From Macrostomum lignano (taxonomy: Eukaryota): a stretch of 64,000 nt of DNA. The DNA lies in NCBI GenBank assembly GCA_002269645.1, contig NIVC01002506.1:62001-126000 (forward strand), read 5' to 3'. Shown here piece after piece: positions 57,201-64,000 of this stretch. A model generated the notes under the pieces. The model made no database searches and had not been told where the DNA came from. It saw only the letters and a list, made by a program, of their open reading frames with translations. How positions within the stretch are numbered: position 1 is the first letter of the stretch; every line of letters starts with the position of its first letter. The translations under genes and the position numbers were made by a program.

Positions 57201-59400
57201 AAAATCGTAGAAGCGTCATGTAAACAATCATAGAAGCGTCATGTAAACAATCATAGAAGCGTCATGTAAACAATCATAGAAGCGTTTTTTTTAAAATCAT
57301 AGAAGCGCCATGTAAACAATCATAGAAGCGTCATGTAAAAAATCATAGAAGCGTCATGTAAACAATCATAGAAGGGTCATGTAAACAATCATAGAAGCGT
57401 CATGTAAAAATCATAGAAGCGTAATTTAAAAAATCATAGAAGCGTCATGTAAAAAATCATAGAAGCGTCATGTAAAAATCATAGAAGCGTCATGTAAACA
57501 ATCATAGAAGCGTCATGTAAAAAATCATAGAAGCGTCATATAAAAATCATAGATGCGTCATTTAAAAAATCATAAAAGCGTCATGTAAAAAATCATAGAA
57601 GCGTCATGTAAACAATCATAGAAGCGTCATGTAAACAATCATAGAAGCCTCATGTAAAAAATCATAGAAGCGTCATGTAAACAATCATAGAAGCGTCATG
57701 TAAACAATCATAGAAGCGTCATGTAAACAATCATAGAAGCGTCATGTAAACAATCATAGAAGCGTCATGTAAAAATCATAGAAGCGTCATGTAAACAATC
57801 ATAGAAGCGTCATGTAAAAAATCATAGAAGCGTCATATAAACAATCATAGAAGCGTCATGTAAACAATCATGGAAGCGTCATGTAAAAAATCATAGAAGC
57901 GTCATATAAAAATCATAGATGCGTCATTTAAAAAATCATAAAAGCGTCATGTAAACAATCATAGAAGCGTCATGTAAACAATCATAGAAGCGTCATGTAA
58001 AAAATCGTAGAAGCGTCATGTAAAATATCATAGAAGCGTCATTGAAAAAATCATAGAAGCGTCAAGTAAAAAATCATAGAAGCGTCATGTAAAAAATCGT
58101 AGAAGCGTCATGAAAAAAATCGTAGAAGCGTCATGTAAACAATCATAGAAGCGTCATGTAAACAATCATAGAAGCGTCATGTAAACAATCATAGAAGCGT
58201 TTTTTTTTAAAATCATAGAAGCGCCATGTAAACAATCATAGAAGCGTCATGTAAAAAATCATAGAAGCCTCTTGTAAAAAATCATAGAAGCGTCATGTAA
58301 ACAATCATAGAAGCGTCATGTAAAAAATCATAGAAGCCTCATGTAAAAAATCATAGAAGCGTCATGTAAACAATCATAGAAGCGTCATGTAAACAATCAT
58401 AGAAGCGTCATGTAAACAATCATAGAAGCGTCATGTAAACAATCATAGAAGCGTCATGTAAAAATCATAGAAGCGTAATTTAAAAAATCATAGAAGCGTC
58501 ATGTAAAAAATCATAGAAGCGTCATGTAAAAAATCGTAGAAGCGTCATGTAAAAAATCGTAGAAGCGTCATGTAATAATCATAGAAGCGTCATGTAAACA
58601 ATCATAGAAGCGTCATGTAAACAATCATAGAAGCGTTTTTTTAAAAAATCATAGAAGCGCCATGTAAACAATCATAGAAGCGTCATGTAAAAAATCATAG
58701 AAGCCTCATGTAAAAATCGTATATACAAGCGTCATTTAAAAATCATAGAAGCGTTTTTTTTTAAAAATCATAGAAGTGTCATGTAAACAATCATAGAAGC
58801 GTCATGTAAACAATCATAGAAGCGTCATGTAAACAATCATAGAAGCGTCATGTAAACAATCATAGAAGCGTCATGTAAACAATCATAGAAGCGTCATGTA
58901 AACAATCATAGAAGCGTCATGTAAAAAATCATAGAAGCGTCATGTAAAAAATCATAGAAGCGTCATTTGAAAATCATAGAAGCGTTATTTAAAAAAATCA
59001 TAGAAGCGTTATTTAAAAAAATCATAGAAGCGTCATGTAAACAATCATACAAACGTCATGTAAACAATCATAGAAGCGTCATGTAAAAAATCATGGAAGC
59101 GTCATGTAAAAAATCATAGAAGCGTTATATAAAAAGCATAGAAGCGTCATGTAAACAATCATAGAAGCGTCATGTAAAAAAATCATAGAAACGTCATGTA
59201 AACAATCATAGAAGCGTCATGTAAAAAATCATGGAAGCGTCATGTAAAAAATCATAAAAGCGTCATGTAAAAATCATAGAAGCGTCATATAAAAAGCATA
59301 GAAGCGTCATGTAAACAATCATAGAAGCGTCATGTAAAAAAATCATAGGAGCGTCATGAAAAAATCATAGAAGCCTCATTTAAAAACTAATGAAAGTGTC
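54260..59400. repeat. 22-bp satellite ATCATAGAAGCGTCATGTAAA(C/A)A in two arrays (54260-56335, 56845-59400)
   Basis: Direct reading; the same variant order recurs between the arrays. Confidence 0.97.
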
Positions 59401-60132
59401 ATTTAAAAAATTAAGAAGCATCATGGTAGAATAAAAGAAGCGTCATGTCAGACATGAAGGGTGTCATGTAAAAATTAAATGCAGCTATAATGCTGTGCTG
59501 GGGAGAAAAACTGAGACGTAAAGGCTCTCAGAGAATAACTGATCAGAGAATAACTGAGATTACGGAGGGGGGGTTTCTGAGATGTCAAAGCAAAAGTCAG
59601 AAGCTACTTCAAAGTTCATGTACTTTACTCAATTTTTTATTGCATTCTTTGTTGGCTCGCCACGGGGGGTGCTGATAGAAGAAGTCATGTAAAAAATAAA
59701 AGTAGCACTATGTATACATAAAAGAAAAGTCATGTCGAAGTTAAAAGATTCATTTGGGAATTGCTACGATGTCAAAGCTTGGTGGAAATCGTTATAGTGC
59801 TGTGATTCTTAAAGAAGGAATCACTAAAATGTCAAGGCTTAGGGGAGAAGAATTGCTGAGATTTCAAGGCTTTAGGTTGGGTTAAAGTTAGGTTTAGGTC
59901 AGGTTTGGGTTGAGGGTTATATTTTATCGGGTTTCAAGGTTAACAGGGGATTTTTTAGATTTCAAGGTTAATGGGGGCCATCGCTGACATGTCAAGGCTT
60001 ACAAGAAGCTTCATGTCGAAGTTAAGAGATTCATTTGGTAATCCCTACGATGTCGAGGCTTGCAGGGAATCGCTATAATGCTGTAGTAGTGCTATAATGA
60101 CTCTTAGAGAGAATTACTGAAATTTCAATGCT

Positions 60133-60184
60133 TTAGGGTTAGGGTTAGGGTTAGGGTTAGGGTTAGGCTAGGGTTAGGGTTAGA
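60133..60184 (+). repeat. Interstitial TTAGGG tract inside element B
   Basis: About 8 units, one CTAGGG variant. Confidence 0.9.
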
Positions 60185-60416
60185 AGGTTGACAGATATTT
60201 TTAGATTTCCAAGGCTTATTGGGGGCATTGCTGAGATGTCAAGGGGGGAAGTTGATATGTTAAAGCTTGTGGGGGGGGGAATTACTGACATGTCAAGGCT
60301 TACAAGGTTTGACAGGAGATTTTTTAAGATTTCAAGGATACATGTAGCTTACGAGCGTATTAAAAAAACGTGTATTGCATTTCTTTGGCTCCCCAACGGG
60401 GGGCGTAGATTGCTAG

Positions 60417-63400
60417 TCCATATACTAAAAATGGTCTGTCGGTATGTGTGTGTGTGCGTGTGTGTGTGTGTGATCGATTTTAGCAAAAACGGCTGAACCG
60501 ATTTTCTTCAAACTTGCACTGTTCGATCAGAAATTTTTCCGTGACGGTACATGCATCTTGGCTAAGAAATTGCTCAATATTAAAGGGATTAAATATTCGA
60601 AAAACATGCTTTTTTGCAAAGGTCAAGCAGCTCTTTCGACTTGAAATGCATTGTGAGAATGCTAGCAGAAAAACTGACTGGTTGATTTCTGATTCTGAAA
60701 TAGATTGCATCACAATACACTTTATTTATCGTCTGTGTACTGGCTGAATTTGACACTCAATTGAATTGCGTCACAGCTTTGAGTGTGAAAGCATAGCGCA
60801 GTACTGAATTTATATTACGTAACCATATTGTAAACTTTCATAGACACTGGTACTGACTTGCCTAAGAAATTGATTATGTCATAACTGCTTCGTGAGAATT
60901 TTTACTCTACCTGACTTGGTGTGAGTGTTGAATTATATAAGTGGTACAACATCACTGATAACTTCGATGAGAGCTAGCCTAGAGCTGAACAGACCAGACT
61001 GCTAATGCAGCGACCTAGGTTCGAATCTAAGTAGTTTATAAGTAGTAGTGTAAAATTTTTTATTAAAAGGTTTTATTAAAGGACTAAATAAAAACACTTA
61101 GATTACTGCACTCGATAAGCTAAGGATTATTGCTATTAATAAACCAAGGATTACTGCACTCAAGAAGCCAAGGATTATTGCTATTAATAAACCAAGGATT
61201 ACTGCACTTGAAAAACCAAGGATTACTGCACTCGATAAACCAAGGACTATTGCTCTTGGCAAACCAAGGATTACTGCACTCGATAAGCCAAGGATTATTG
61301 CTCTTAATAAACCAAGGATTACTGCACTTGAAAAACTAAGGATTACTGCACTCGATAAACCAAGGACTACTGCACTCGATAAACCAAGGATTATTGCACT
61401 TGATAGGCCAAGGATTACTGCACTTGATAAACCAAGGATTATTGCACTTGATAGGCCAAGAATTATTTCACTTGATAAACCAAGGATTATTGCACTTGAT
61501 AAGCCAAGGATTATTGCACTTGATAAACTAAGGATTATTTCACTTGATAAACCAAGGATTATTGCACTTGATAAACCAAGGATTATTGCACTTGATAAGC
61601 CAAGGATTATTGCACTTGATAGGCCAAGGATTACTGCGCTTGATAAACCAAGGATTATTGCACTTGATAAACAAATATTGCACTTGATAAACCAAGGATT
61701 ATTGCACTTGATAAGCCAAGGATTATTGCACTTGATAGGCCAAGGATTACTGCGCTTGATAAACCAAGGATTATTGCACTTGATAAACCAAGGACTATTG
61801 CACTTGATAAGCCAAGGATTATTGCACTTGATAAACCAATGATTATTTCACTTGATAAACCAAGGATTATTTCACTTGATAAACCAAGGATTATTGCACT
61901 TGATAAACAAATATTGCACTTGATAAACCAAGGATTATTGCACTTGATAAGCCAAGGATTACTGCGCTAGATAAACCAAGGATTATTGCACTTGATAAAC
62001 AAATATTGCACTTGATAAACCAAGGATTATTGCACTTGATAAGCCAAGGATTATTGCACTTGATAAACTAAGGATTATTTCACTTGATAAACCAAGGATT
62101 ATTGCACTTGATAAACCAAGGATTATTGCACTTGATAAACCAAGGATTATTGCACTTGATAAACCAAGGATTATTGCACTTGATAAACCAAGGATTATTG
62201 CACTTGATAAACCAAGGATTATTGCACTTGATAAGCCAAGGATTATTGCAGTTGACAAGCCAAGGATTATTGCACTTGATAAACCAAGGATTATTTCACT
62301 TGATAAACCAAGGATTTTTTCACTTGATAAACCAAGGATTATTGCACTTGATAAACAAATATTGCACTTGATAAACCAAGGATTATTGCAGTTGATAAGC
62401 CAAGGATTATTGCACTTGATAAACCAAGGATTATTTCACTTGATAAACCAAGGATTATTTCACTTGATAAACCAAGGATTATTGCACTTGATAAACAAAT
62501 ATTGCACTTGATAAACCAAGGATTATTGCACTTGATAAGCCAAGGATTACTGCGCTAGATAAACCAAGGATTATTGCACTTGATAAACAAATATTGCACT
62601 TGATAAACCAAGGATTATTGCACTTGATAAGCCAAGGATTATTGCACTTGATAAACTAAGGATTATTTCACTTGATAAACCAAGGTTTATTGCACTTGAT
62701 AAACCAAGGATTATTGCACTTGATAAACCAAGGATTATTTCACTTGATAAACCAAGGATTATTGCACTTGATAAACCAAGGATTTTTTCACTTGATAAAC
62801 CAAGGATTATTGCACTTGATAAACCAAGGATTATTGCACTTGATAAGCCAAGGATTATTGCACTTGATAAACTAAGGATTATTTCACTTGATAAACCAAG
62901 GATTTTTGCACTTGATAAACCAAGGATTATTGCACTTGATAAACCAAGGATTATTTCACTTGATAAACCAAGGATTATTGCACTTGATAAGCCAAGGATT
63001 ATTGCACTTGATAAGCCAAGGATTATTGCACTTGATAGGCCAAGGATTACTGCGCTTGATAAGCCAAGGATTATTGCACTTGATAAACAAATATTGCACT
63101 TGATAAACCAAGGATTATTGCACTTGATAAGCCAAGGATTATTGCGCTAGATAAACAAAGGATTATTGCACTTGATAAACCAAGGATTATTGCACTTGAT
63201 AAGCCAAGGATTATTGCACTTGATAGGCCAAGGATTACTGCGCTTGATAAACCAAGGATTATTGCACTTGATAAACCAAGGACTATTGCACTTGATAAGC
63301 CAAGGATTATTGCACTTGATAAACCAATGATTATTTCACTTGATAAACCAAGGATTATTTCACTTGATAAACCAAGGATTATTGCACTTGATAAACAAAT

Positions 63401-64000
63401 ATTGCACTTGATAAACCAAGGATTATTGCACTTGATAAGCCAAGGATTACTGCGCTAGATAAACCAAGGATTATTGCACTTGATAAACAAATATTGCACT
63501 TGATAAACCAAGGATTATTGCACTTGATAAGCCAAGGATTATTGCACTTGATAAACTAAGGATTATTTCACTTGATAAACCAAGGATTATTGCACTTGAT
63601 AAACCAAGGATTATTGCACTTGATAAACCAAGGATTATTGCACTTGATAAACCAAGGATTATTGCACTTGATAAACCAAGGATTATTGCACTTGATAAAC
63701 CAAGGATTATTGCACTTGATAAGCCAAGGATTATTGCAGTTGACAAGCCAAGGATTATTGCACTTGATAAACCAAGGATTATTTCACTTGATAAACCAAG
63801 GATTTTTTCACTTGATAAACCAAGGATTATTGCACTTGATAAACAAATATTGCACTTGATAAACCAAGGATTATTGCAGTTGATAAGCCAAGGATTATTG
63901 CACTTGATAAACCAAGGATTATTTCACTTGATAAACCAAGGATTATTTCACTTGATAAACCAAGGATTATTGCACTTGATAAACAAATATTGCACTTGAT
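60417..64000 (+). mobile_element. Non-autonomous Helitron-like element C (runs past window end)
   Basis: Starts TCCATATACTAAAAATG after CTAG and shares the ~600-bp 5' module of A and B. Confidence 0.7.
61095..64000. repeat. 24-bp satellite CCAAGGATTATTGCACTTGATAAA
   Basis: Direct reading, with higher-order recurrence of variants. Confidence 0.97.

Larger units (their letters stand above)
53626..60416 (+). mobile_element. Non-autonomous Helitron-like element B with ~2.6-kb internal duplication
   Basis: Starts TCCTATACACTAAAAATG directly after the CTAG of A; ends CCCC-AAC-GGGG...TTGCTAG. The block at 53755 recurs at 56338. Confidence 0.75.

Noticed and set aside
51242-63859. Repeat ORFs such as SHHVKH, LGDACY, INQGLLHL
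   Set aside because: They are satellite translations with no coding context.
30168-64000. CRISPR arrays among the tandem repeats
   Set aside because: Units are contiguous without unique spacers, there are no cas genes, and the context is eukaryotic.

Overview
Eukaryotic (animal) genomic DNA in three parts. (1) 1-15997: most of an AT-rich Polinton/Maverick (adintovirus-like) endogenous dsDNA virus. It encodes vOTU-pPolB, a membrane protein, a lectin-tipped fiber, an adenain protease, penton, A32/FtsK ATPase, a double jelly-roll capsid, an HNH endonuclease and a PLA2-integrase fusion, and ends in ACTACT; its left end lies outside the window. The PLA2-integrase gene is split by a 303-nt insert with the full core of a self-splicing group I intron (P, Q, R, S elements, covarying P7, U at the 5' splice site, terminal G). 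Removing it restores the FTGPGT motif in frame. A free-standing HNH endonuclease gene lies directly upstream. The element also carries GC-rich triloop mini-hairpin clusters at gene ends and inside ORFs, and a duplicated terminal foldback with compensatory changes. (2) 16.2-47.1 kb: a cluster of immune-type host genes: stonustoxin-like/FN3/GTPase, ankyrin/pseudo-GTPase, and a 13-exon cold-shock/ZNFX1-helicase/PARP fusion whose introns are mostly filled with minisatellites. (3) 47.4-64 kb: a MITE-interrupted RTE-like LINE, then head-to-tail non-autonomous Helitron-like elements carrying satellite arrays. TTAGGG tracts, GC-rich exons and minisatellite-filled introns suggest a flatworm such as Macrostomum (inference only). 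All calls come from reading the sequence by eye; no searches were run.
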